Source: Eledone cirrhosa
Lineage: Eukaryota
Length of the DNA: 64,000 nt
Assembly: GCA_964016885.1 (NCBI GenBank)
Contig: OZ024742.1
Coordinates: 145,204,001 to 145,268,000, forward strand
Reading direction: 5' to 3'
Numbering within the stretch: position 1 is the first letter of the stretch; every line of letters starts with the position of its first letter. Made by a program: the position numbers and the translations under genes. The notes below the pieces were generated by a model that was not told the DNA's origin, did not search any database, and was given only the letters and a program-made list of their open reading frames with translations. This document shows positions 13,446-25,603 of the stretch, in pieces.

Positions 13446-13567
13446 TTAATACATAATATTAATAATGAGCTAGAATGAAGTATTAATATAGCGTCATTCT
13501 GTATGTTCACATGTGATGCACGTTTCATGATCGATCAGCTCAAGGTATGATCGGTGTACACTATATA

Positions 13568-13750
13568 TGAATTGGCAGTATCGGTAGAGGGTTGAACGCC
13601 ATGCTTTCTAGCATAGTTACTTCCCTTTACGGTCTGAGTTCAAATCCCGCCGAGGTTAACTTTGCCTTTCATCCTTACAGGGTCGATAAAATAAAGTACC
13701 AGTAATGCACTGGGTAATTGCTGGCCTTGTGCCAAAAGTAGAAACAACTA
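13568..13750 (+). mobile_element. Family A SINE (duplicated at 16174-16356)
   Basis: Near full-length copy, inverted relative to the upstream dimer. Confidence 0.88.
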
Positions 13751-13756
13751 TATATA

Positions 13757-14797
13757 TATCATCATCATCATCATCAACGTTTAACGTCCGTGTTCCACGC
13801 TTGCATGGGTTTGGACGGGGGTTTTCCCACTTGAGGCAAGAGTGGTTGTCTTGCTCGCATAGGACTGTCTGGCAGGTTTTCTACAGCTGGATGCCCTTCC
13901 TAACACCAACCACATTTATACAGTGTGGGGCTGGGAGGTTTTTACCGTGTTGCCTACACGGCCACATTACAGCGTGGACTGTCTGGCGGGTTTTCTACAG
14001 CTGGATGCCCTTCCTAACACCAACCACATTTACAGCGTGGGGCTGGGAGGTTTTTACCGTGTTGCCTACACGGCCACATTACAGCGTGGACTATCTGGCG
14101 GGTTTTCTACAGCTGGATGCCCTTCCTAACACCAACCACATTTACAGCGTGGGACTGGGAGGTTTTTACCGTGTTGCCTACACGGCCACATTACAGCGTG
14201 GACTATCTGGCGGGTTTTCTACAGCTGGATGCCCTTCCTAACACCAACCACATTTACAGCGTGGGGCTGGGAGGTTTTTACCGTGTTGCCTACATGGCCA
14301 CATTACAGCGTGGACTGTCTGGCGGGTTTTCTACAGCTGGATGCCCTTCCTAACACCAACCACATTTACAGTGTGGGGCTGGGAGGTTTTTACCGTGTTG
14401 CCTACACGGCCACATTACAGCGTGGACTGTCTGGCGGGTTTTCTACAGCTGGATGCCCTTCCTAACACCAACCACATTTACAGTGTGGGGCTGGGAGGTT
14501 TTTACCGTGTTGCCTACACGGCCACATTACAGCGTGGACTGTCTGGCGGGTTTTCTACAGCTGGATGCCCTTCCTAACACCAACCACATTTACAGTGTGG
14601 GGCTGGGAGGTTTTTACCATGTTGCCTACACGGCCACATTACAGCGTGGACTGTCTGGCGGGTTTTCTACAGCTGGATGCCCTTCCTAACACCAACCACA
14701 TTTACAGTGTGGGGCTGGGAGGTTTTTACCATGTTGCCTACACGGCCACATTTACAGCGTGGACTGTGTGTTTTTTTGTCGTGACACCTACACGATA
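13757..14797 (-). repeat. RTE 3'UTR with 8 x 112-bp units (array 2)
   Basis: Marker at 13891, 14005, 14117, 14229, 14341, 14453, 14565 and 14677. Confidence 0.92.
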
Positions 14798-14798
14798 C

Positions 14799-14830
<32 letters not shown>

Positions 14831-15229
14831 GTGAAGGCGCGTGGCTGAGTGGTTAGAGAATTGGATTCACAATCGTGAGGTTGTAAGTTCAATTCCTGGA
14901 CTGGGCGATATATTATGTCCTTGAGCAAGACACTTTATTTCACGTTGCTCCTTCTACCTGGAGTTGCGACCGATAGATAGTATTAGCTATTGGAAAGACC
15001 AACGGAAACATTGTTTCCTCGGTCCGATTTGATGAAAGTTGATCGACTATATATATATACACACACACATATATATAATGTACACACACACATATATAAT
15101 GTACACACACACACATATATATATAATGTACACACACACACACACACATATATATAATGTACACACACAGACACATATATATATAATGTACACACACACA
15201 CATATATAATATACACACACATATAATGT

Positions 15230-15260
<31 letters not shown>

Positions 15261-15860
15261 TATATAATGTACACATACACACACATAGAATACACACACA
15301 CACACATATAATGTACACACACACACACACATATATATAATGTACACACACAGACACATATATATATAATGTACACACACACACATATATAATATACACA
15401 CACACATATATATAATGTACACACACACACACACATGCATATATAATGTACACACACACACATATAGAATACACACACACACACACACACACATATATAA
15501 TGTACACACACACACACATATATAATGTACACACACACACACACATATATATATAATGTACACACACACACATATATAATATACACACACACATATATAT
15601 AATGTACACACACACACACACACATACATATATAATGTACACACACACACATAGAATACACACACACACACACACATATATAATGTACACACACACACAC
15701 ACATATATAATGTACACACACATACACATATATATAATATACATACACACACAGTTCTCATCCTTCATACACATCACATGGCCATATCAATGCAGTATAC
15801 TCTCTTGTACATTGCAGTACACTCCACTCCAACTTTGTCCATTTATATACATAATATTAA

Positions 15861-16051
15861 TAATTGTTTCTACTTTTGGCACAAGGCCAGCAATTACCCA
15901 GTGCATTACTGGTACTTTATTTTATCGACCCCGTAAGGATGAAAGGCAAAGTCAACCTCGGCGGGATTTGAACTCAGATCGTAAAGGGACGTAACTCTAT
16001 GCTGGAAAGCATGGCGTCCGACCCTCTACCGATACTGACAATCCACCGCCC
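15861..16051 (-). mobile_element. Family A SINE monomer in the duplicated block
   Basis: Same flanking TSD sequence as the dimer at 13061-13445. Confidence 0.88.
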
Positions 16052-16362
16052 TTAATACATAATATTAATAATGAGCTAGAATGAAGTATTAATATAGCGT
16101 CATTCTGTATGTTCACATGTGATGCACGTTTCATGATCGATCAGCTCAAGGTATGATCGGTGTACACTATATATGAATTGGCAGTATCGGTAGAGGGTTG
16201 AACGCCATGCTTTCTAGCATAGTTACTTCCCTTTACGGTCTGAGTTCAAATCCCGCCGAGGTTAACTTTGCCTTTCATCCTTACAGGGTCGATAAAATAA
16301 AGTACCAGTAATGCACTGGGTAATTGCTGGCCTTGTGCCAAAAGTAGAAACAACTATATATA

Positions 16363-17505
16363 TATCATCATCATCATCATCAACGTTTAACGTCCGTGTT
16401 CCACGCTTGCATGGGTTTGGACGGGGGTTTTCCCACTTGAGGCAAGAGTGGTTGTCTTGCTCGCATAGGACTGTCTGGCAGGTTTTCTACAGCTGGATGC
16501 CCTTCCTAACACCAACCACATTTATACAGTGTGGGGCTGGGAGGTTTTTACCGTGTTGCCTACACGGCCACATTACAGCGTGGACTGTCTGGCGGGTTTT
16601 CTACAGCTGGATGCCCTTCCTAACACCAACCACATTTACAGCGTGGGGCTGGGAGGTTTTTACCGTGTTGCCTACACGGCCACATTACAGCGTGGACTAT
16701 CTGGCGGGTTTTCTACAGCTGGATGCCCTTCCTAACACCAACCACATTTACAGCGTGGGACTGGGAGGTTTTTACCGTGTTGCCTACACGGCCACATTAC
16801 AGCGTGGACTATCTGGCGGGTTTTCTACAGCTGGATGCCCTTCCTAACACCAACCACATTTACAGCGTGGGGCTGGGAGGTTTTTACCGTGTTGCCTACA
16901 TGGCCACATTACAGCGTGGACTGTCTGGCGGGTTTTCTACAGCTGGATGCCCTTCCTAACACCAACCACATTTACAGTGTGGGGCTGGGAGGTTTTTACC
17001 GTGTTGCCTACATGGCCACATTACAGCGTGGACTGTCTGGCGGGTTTTCTACAGCTGGATGCCCTTCCTAACACCAACCACATTTACAGCGTGGGGCTGG
17101 GAGGTTTTTACCGTGTTGCCTACATGGCCACATTACAGCGTGGACTGTCTGGCGGGTTTTCTACAGCTGGATGCCCTTCCTAACACCAACCACATTTACA
17201 GTGTGGGGCTGGGAGGTTTTTACCGTGTTGCCTACACGGCCACATTACAGCGTGGACTGTGTGTTTTTTTGTCGTGACACCTACACGATCTCATTTGTTT
17301 CGGCCTGGATGGTGTGGCACCAACATAACTTTACATTGAAAGGGGCGGTGTGGATGGGGTGGGGGTGGTGGGACGGGGGTGTATTTTGTTAGAGATGCCT
17401 ACTGACTGTAGTAGGTTTTACTTTGTATTTAGGTAAGGCGGGTCTTCTCTATTACTGAGTACCGCCAAAGGTCTCGGTCCAGTGACATTGTCTTGGAGAG
17501 GTGTA
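16363..17505 (-). repeat. RTE 3'UTR with 7 x 112-bp units (array 3), continuing into unique RTE 3' sequence
   Basis: Marker at 16497, 16611, 16723, 16835, 16947, 17059 and 17171; the continuation matches the single-unit copy at 23461-24020. Confidence 0.92.
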
Positions 17506-18594
17506 TACCGATATAGTGTATACCGATCATACCTTGGCGTGTGGCTGAGTGGTTAGAGAATTGGATTCACAATCGTGAGGTTGTCGATTTGATTCCTGGA
17601 CCGGGCGATGCGTTATTCCCTTGAGCAAGACACTTTATTTCACGTTGCTCCTACCTGGAGTTGCGACCGATAGATAGTACTAGCAACTGGAAAGACCAAT
17701 GGAAACATTGTTTCCTCGGTCCGATTTGATGAAAGTCGATCGTTAAGAAAAAAAAATATATATATATATATGTTTGTGTATGTATGTATGTATGTATGTA
17801 TGTATGTATATACACATACAGATACATGCATACATGTACATACAGACATACATGTATGTGTATGTATAAATATGCTTTCAGTAATATATGAAAAGCAACA
17901 GAATCCAGTATTGTTATGCCATTGAAACAAGTGTAAAGAAGAAAAAAAATTAATTACATCCAATATGAACAATATGCAAGGTTTCTATAGCAACCAGAAT
18001 ATAGATTGCTCTTTCCAACACTTCATCAGTAATTTGCTTTTTTATATATTTTATGTATGTTATTGTTTTAATTTGTTCTCAGTATAAAGCTAAGGAAATG
18101 CTATTAGAAGCTCCAGCTGATGGCATCCCATGTAACATGTTTTAAGTGTTACAATGATAGCATCACAGGAAATATAGTTTCTGTTTCATAGTTTCTATAA
18201 ATCTATCATTACTTTAAATTGGTATTGAACAGTTTTGATCAACAATGAACAGCAAGTATGATTGGATAATTCTTTTCAATATGTCTGCCTCACAGACACA
18301 TCATGATGTCATTATAGTTATTTTTAAGATCTGTATTATGCAAATTCCATTTAATTAAATATTACAAAATAATCCAAAGGATATTTTATATAATGTGTTT
18401 TATAACTACATCGAATTGACTGCATTTTTTTGTTAAGGAAAATAATCCATCAATTGTAATTGTAGTTCTGAACAGTGTTATCTTTCTTGTTCTTCTTCTA
18501 AATAGTCTGTACTTATTGATCCAATCTGAAATGTGTTTGAAGGTTTTGAAATATTTTCACATTTTATGAGTTAGTTGCTGGATAAGCTACTTTT

Positions 18595-19040
18595 CATCAT
18601 CATCGTTTAACGTTCATTTTCCACTCTAGCATGGGTTAGACGCGTTGTCCCATTAGAGGCAAGTTGGGTCAGGTGACCGTGTCTTGCTCATACAGAACTG
18701 TTTCTAGCTAGATTTTTACAGCTGGATTCCCTTCCTAACACCAACCACTTTATAATGTGGGCTGGGTGCTTTTTGTCGCGACAAGCAACCAGCTTACAGT
18801 GTGGACTACGGGCTTTTTGCCATGCCACCTACATGACCACTTTACTGTGTGGACTAGGTGCTTTTTGTCATGACACCTACATGACCACTTTACTGTGTGA
18901 GCTGGGTGTTTTTTGTCATGACACCTACATTACCACTTTACTGTGTGAGCTGGGTGCTTTTTGTCATGACACCTACATGACCACTTTACTGTGTCAGCTG
19001 GATGCTTTTTGTTGTGACACCCATACAACCACTTTACAAG
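18595..19040 (-). repeat. RTE-type 3'UTR with a ~48-bp tandem subrepeat (about 6 copies)
   Basis: tttttgtcatgacacctacatgaccactttactgtgtgagctgggtgc repeated after the (CAT)n-anchored terminus. Confidence 0.8.
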
Positions 19041-20082
19041 ACACATTTTCTTTATGCTATAATAGATGTAGTAGGAATGACAACATGTATCTAACCCATC
19101 TAAAGTTAGCAGAAACAAAAATGTGGTTATTGATCTAAACAATATAATGTAATTTGTTTGGTTTGAAGAGAATATTTCAAGTAAAGTAATCATGCATTAA
19201 GGAGTTTGACACCCAGTGTCTCTTGATTATAATAGAAATTATATTAGACAGAAGATATTATAGAAGGCTCAGTGAGGAAGTTGAGTATTGTTATATATTA
19301 ATTGAAGTGGATATGTAGTAATTAATTTAACTATTCCTCATTCAACAGTGGATAAGTAACAACATAAATGAAGTATTATAAGCTACCATTAAATAATTTA
19401 AACAACTAGATAATTCCATAAGCTTCAGACTCTTAATGCCTTCATCATCATTAGCAACATCACCACCATAATAATCATTTACATTCGTTTTTTCCCTTTG
19501 CTAGCAAAGGTTAGATGGATCATCCCCAGCCATGTCATTACTTAAATGGAGCTACTAAGATGGGCTGGAATGAGGGGGGGGAGGTTATCTTACTTACATG
19601 TGTTTCCACAGAATGCACTAGGGAAGTTGTGATGTCATTGGCACAACTGAAGAGTCCTCCTTTTATTGGCAAGTTTTCTATGACGAGACACTCTTCCTAT
19701 CACCAACCAGTTTACAGCATGCTCTGGGTGCGTTTATTTTTATTTGTATGGGTAACTAACATTAGAGAAGTTGCCATGCCTTGACACAACTGAAGAGTCC
19801 TCTCAGACCATTTTTGGGGTGGTTTCTACAGCTGGATGCCCTTTCTATCAACAACCACTTGACAGGGTATAGTGGGTGTATTTTTCATAGCAACTACACC
19901 AGATAGGTTGTTGGTCATAGATTCAACTGAAGAGGTAACTTATCATAATTTAAAAATTTATATTGGTGCTCCAGCATGGCGTTAAACATCTTGTTTGTCA
20001 TAAACATCTTGTATATTATTCAATATATGACATGTACATATGTGTGTATAACACTATGCTGGAACATCAATATTAATTTTTA

Positions 20083-20262
20083 GTGGATTGGCAGTATCGG
20101 TAGAGGGTCGGACGCCATGCTTTCCAACATAGTTACGTCCCTTTACGATCTGAGTTCAAATCCCGCCGAGGTTGACTTTGCCTTTCATCCTTACAGGGTC
20201 GATAAAATAAAGTACCAGTAATGAACTGGGTAATTGCTGGCCTTGTGCCTAAAGTAGACACA
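20083..20262 (+). mobile_element. Young family A SINE with 15-bp TSD
   Basis: aatattaatttttag at 20069-20083 and 20263-20277. Confidence 0.9.
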
Positions 20263-20548
20263 AATATTAATTTTTAGGTTAAGCTGAGCCAGCTACCAGT
20301 TCGTATGCAAATGAACTTTATCAGCTCTTATACACAAGCGAGAAATCTATAATATTCTAGCTTATTTTTATCTCGGCAGAAGTGAAGCAGATATGACAAC
20401 CACCAAAAAGGGAAAAACAATACTGATGGTTGCTTCCCCTTGTTTTTACTGAGACTAAGGATGTGTGACGATGGTCACAACTTGAAAAATTCATAGTGAA
20501 AGGATTTCAAATGTTTTTCATAAACATCTTGTATATTATTTGATGTAC

Positions 20549-20593
<45 letters not shown>

Positions 20594-21016
20594 TCACACA
20601 TATATATTATACACACACACACACATATGGAAGTCATGCTGGTAACACGACAAAAAGCACTAAGTCCGCCCTGTAGAGTGGTTGTGTTAGTGACATGACA
20701 ATAAACACCCTGTCAAGCCTCCAAAGTGGTCGTGTTGGTGACTCAACAAAAAGCACCTGGTCCACACAGTAGATGAGGTTGTCATGAGGAAGGGCATCCA
20801 ACCATAGAAAGCAAGCCAGATACAGTTCTGTGTGAGCAAGACATGGTCATCTGATCTGACTTGTCTCACAACAGGACAATTCATCTGACCCATGCTAGCA
20901 TGGGAAAAGGATGGTAAAGAGTGATGATGTTGTATGTATCCTCAATATGGCTGACTGAACAGGAACAGACACTTGCTTTCTCTCTCTCTCTCTCTCTCTC
21001 TCTCCCTCTCTCTCCC

Positions 21017-21056
<40 letters not shown>

Positions 21057-21435
21057 CTCTCTCTCTCCCCCCTCTCTCTCTCTCTCCCTCCCTCAGTTAT
21101 ATATATTCATGTATATATATAAATTTATATGAATTTATATGAATATCATCATCATTAAATGATAATCATGATGATGATGGTATGTTTATGCATGTATATA
21201 TGCATACAAATATATGTGTGTGTGCATGTGTATATAAAGATGATGATGAAGCAATTCAAGTGGAAGGATGCTGGAAAAGACTTGTCTAACCCATGCTAAC
21301 ATCGAATAATTGAAAGTAAAAGGGATGATGATAATTATATTATATATATATATACATATACATACATATATATATATATATACATATACATACATATATA
21401 TATACATATACATACATATATATATATATATATAT

Positions 21436-21775
21436 GGAGGCACATGGCTTAGTAGTTTGAGCATTGGCCTTGCAATCGAAAGGTTGTGAGTTCAATTCTC
21501 AGACTGGGTGATGTGTTGTTTCCTTGAGCAAGATACTTTATTTCACATTGCTCCAGTTTACTCAGCTGTAGAAATGAGATGATAGGGACTGGGGTCCCTA
21601 TAATTCCACTGCAAAGTGGTCGTGGAGGTGCCATGGGAAAAAAAGCACCCAGCACTCACTGTAAATGAGGTTGGTGTTAGGAAGGGCATCCCGCTGTAGA
21701 AATCAAGCCAGAATCAGTTCCCGTCCCACCCTTGCAAGCAGGGAAAAGCGGACGTAAAATGATGATGATGATGAT
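21436..21775 (+). mobile_element. Full-length family B SINE, tail type 2 (tRNA head + CORE-like domain + RTE 3' tail)
   Basis: Head tggcttagtag...gagttcaattc; 3' part ttggtgttaggaagggcatcc...ggacgtaaaatgatgatg is shared with the RTE ends. Copies at 24363-24705 (-) and 49291-49665 (+). Confidence 0.85.
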
Positions 21776-22310
21776 ATAGGGAGGAAGGGGAGAGAGATAT
21801 ATATATATACACACTTATACTGTTGATAAAATCGAAGTTGAATGTAGATGCTTCATGGAGTTTACAAGAAACCAAGAAATTTTTCATATTTTTTCTTCTT
21901 AAATGTCAAAAATGAAAACTTGAAATCAAAATGAATTTAACATAGATGAAGTTTTGCAACTGATGTTGTTAACTGATCAACTGACAATGTAAACTGACTG
22001 GCTTTCTTGAAGAGAATCATCATTATCATCATTTAACTCTTAGGAGTTCATTTAATTTTTAATTTCATTTATTTAAAAATTGTTTCATCATTTTCCATTG
22101 AACTCTTTAACGTAGGCACAAGGCCAGAAATCTTTAAGGGAAAACACGTTTGATTATATCATCCACAGTACTTGACTGGTACTTTATTCATAGATCATGT
22201 AAAGCTGCCTTTGGCAGAACTTGAAATTAGAGTATAATGAACCAGGAGACAGTAAGGATGTAAAGGGCCAGCTGAGGTCAATATTGTCACTTACCCTTCC
22301 AGGATCAATA

Positions 22311-22643
22311 ATAATGGTTTCTACTTTAGGCATAAGGCCAGCAATTTGAAGGAGAGGGGAAAGTTGATTAAATCAACCCAGTGCTTCTGGCACTTTATTT
22401 TATCAAACCCCGTAAAGATGAAAGGCAAAGCTAACCTTGGTGGGATTTGAAATCAGAATGTAAAGGGCCGTAATTCTATGCCACGAAGCATTTGGTTTGA
22501 TGCTCTACTGATTCTGCCAACCCACTGCCAGGGTCAATAATAATTGTTTCTACTTTAGGCACAAGGCCAGCAATAACCCAGTGCATTACTGGTACTTTAT
22601 TTTATCGACCCCATAAGGATGAAAGGCAAAGTCAACCTCGGCA
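22311..22643 (-). mobile_element. Two adjacent family A SINEs (one full, one truncated)
   Basis: 22311-22529 and 22538-22643 match the reverse complement of the family A core. Confidence 0.8.
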
Positions 22644-23460
22644 ATAATAATGATTTCTAACATTAGCAGAAAAACACACGTTTGTATGGAAGAAATGTAA
22701 GTTGATAGAATTTACACCATTATATTACTGGTACTTATTTTAGAAAGTCTGGAGGGTGGAAAAGCAAAGTTAACCATAGCAGGATTTAAATACAAAATAT
22801 AATATAATAAGAATTAAGCATATTTAATCTTGAACTATTTCTTTCTAACCTATGCAGTTCAAAATAAATTAAAGAAAATGAAAAATCCTTTAAATACAAG
22901 AATTCACTAATTGAAGCCACAAATGCATCTGTCATAGATACAGTTGCATGAATCTTTGGAGTTCTGACAGAAATGGAAATAGAAACTGACTGTAAAGTAC
23001 CACTTTTACAGGCTTTCTTTAATTTTAAACCTTTGGGAAATAGTTCTTAGAAACACTCATTTATTTAGGAAGATTCTGTTCATAATATGGAAGGAAAAAT
23101 AAGTAGACTAAATTTATCTACATAGTTTTACTCCATTGTTTCATTTAATTCCACCACCTGGTTCTTGAGTGCTTTTAGAAGAGTTCATTTTACTGCAGTC
23201 ATTCAGGCCACATCTCTTGTTTGTAGATAACTTCCATCATTCCTCCTAACAATCTCAGTAATGCTGAAAAGAATAAAAGGTCATGGGTACTGCTCTTCCC
23301 TCCATGAGTAAAAAGTGAAAAACTTTAAAATAAAAAGGAAAATAAAAAAGACTAGTTCATCCTGAACAAGCAAAGGAAATTATACATGGTTGCTTGATCG
23401 GCTAAAAATGATAGCCAAATTGCCTTCAAATTACACTTTACCATCCTAAGAAAGGGAAGG

Positions 23461-24020
23461 ATCATCATCATCATCATCATCAACGTTTAACGTCCGTGTT
23501 CCACGCTTGCATGGGTTTGGACGGGGGTAGTCCCACTTGAGGCAAGAGTGATTGTCTTGCTCGCATAGGACTGTCTGGCAGGTTTTCTACAGTTGGATGC
23601 CCTTCCTAACACCAACCACATTTACAGTGTGGGTCTGGGAGGTTTTTACCGTGTTGCCTACACGGCCACATTACAGCGTGGACTGTGTGTTTTTTTGTCG
23701 TGACACCTACACGATCTCATTTGTTTCGGCCTGGATGGCGCGGCACCAACATAACTTTACATAGAACGGGGTGGTGTGGATGGGGTGGGGGTGGTGGTGG
23801 TGGGACGGGGTGTATTTTGTTAGAGATGCCTACTGGCTGGAGTAGGTTTTACTATATATTTAGGTAAGGCGGGTCTTCTCTGTTACTGAGTACCGCCAAA
23901 GGTCTCGGTCCAGTGACATTGTCTTGGAGAGGTGTAAGTGTGTGATGTCGGAGTTTATCAGCTCGTCCCAGGTTTTTCTAGGTCTGCCTATTCCGTGACT
24001 ACCGTCTATCTTTAAGGATG
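23461..24020 (-). mobile_element. RTE LINE 3' end with a single (unamplified) 112-bp unit and the end of the ORF
   Basis: Same terminus as arrays 1-3 but one unit only; the minus strand reads GIGRPRKTWDELI near 23960-23995. Appears nested in an older dispersed repeat (about 23380-24130). Confidence 0.85.
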
Positions 24021-24736
24021 TATATAATAACGAATTCCTAGATAACCCCTAAAAAGATGGGATGGTCTATATAGAATACTGTTAATCATAGGTCTGCTCA
24101 TTCAGAACTGACCTAGGGCTAAACAAACAACTTGTTCAGATGCCAGTCCATACCATAATCCTAAATATGGGATATTTAGATAACTTTTAACAAAATGCTA
24201 CAGATGTATTGTTTATGAAGAACTCAAAAAATATTATTGCTGGCTTTTTTTTTATCATGATTATAATTTAATCGTGATAATGATGATATTCATATAAATT
24301 TATATACATGAAAATTTATATACGTGAAAAGTAAATGGAAACAACAAAGCAAACAATAGAGTATCATCATCATTCATCATTTCATTTTACGTCCGCTTTT
24401 TCCCTGCTTGCAAGGGTGGGACGGGAACTGATGCTGGCTTGATTTCTACAGCTGGATGCCCTTCCTAACACCAACCTCATTTACAGTGAGTGCTGGGTGC
24501 TTTTTTGCCGTGGCACCTCCACGACCACTTTGCAGTGGAATATGGACCCCAGTCCCTATCATCTCATTTCTACAGCTGAGTAAACTGGAGCAATGTGAAA
24601 TAAAGTGTCTTGCTCAAGGAAACAACACATCACCCGGTCTGAGAATTGAACTCACAACCTTTCGATTGCAAGGCCAATGTTCTAACCACTAAGCCATGTG
24701 CCTCCAGAGTATAATGAAGAAATATTAGTTTAACGT

Positions 24737-25603
<867 letters not shown>

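Noticed and set aside
11871-15777. Long Cys/Val/Tyr/Ile-rich ORFs (up to 368 aa)
   Set aside because: Translations of (GT)n/(AT)n minisatellites that lack stops on that strand.
10798-17260. Regularly spaced 112-bp repeats as a CRISPR array or a family of 78-aa genes (MPFLTPTTF...)
   Set aside because: Units are contiguous near-identical copies with no unique spacers, there are no cas genes, and the context is a eukaryotic intron. The ORFs are a by-product of the periodicity.
20470-20500. tgacga...gaaa as another hammerhead
   Set aside because: The stems do not pair convincingly; too degenerate to call.
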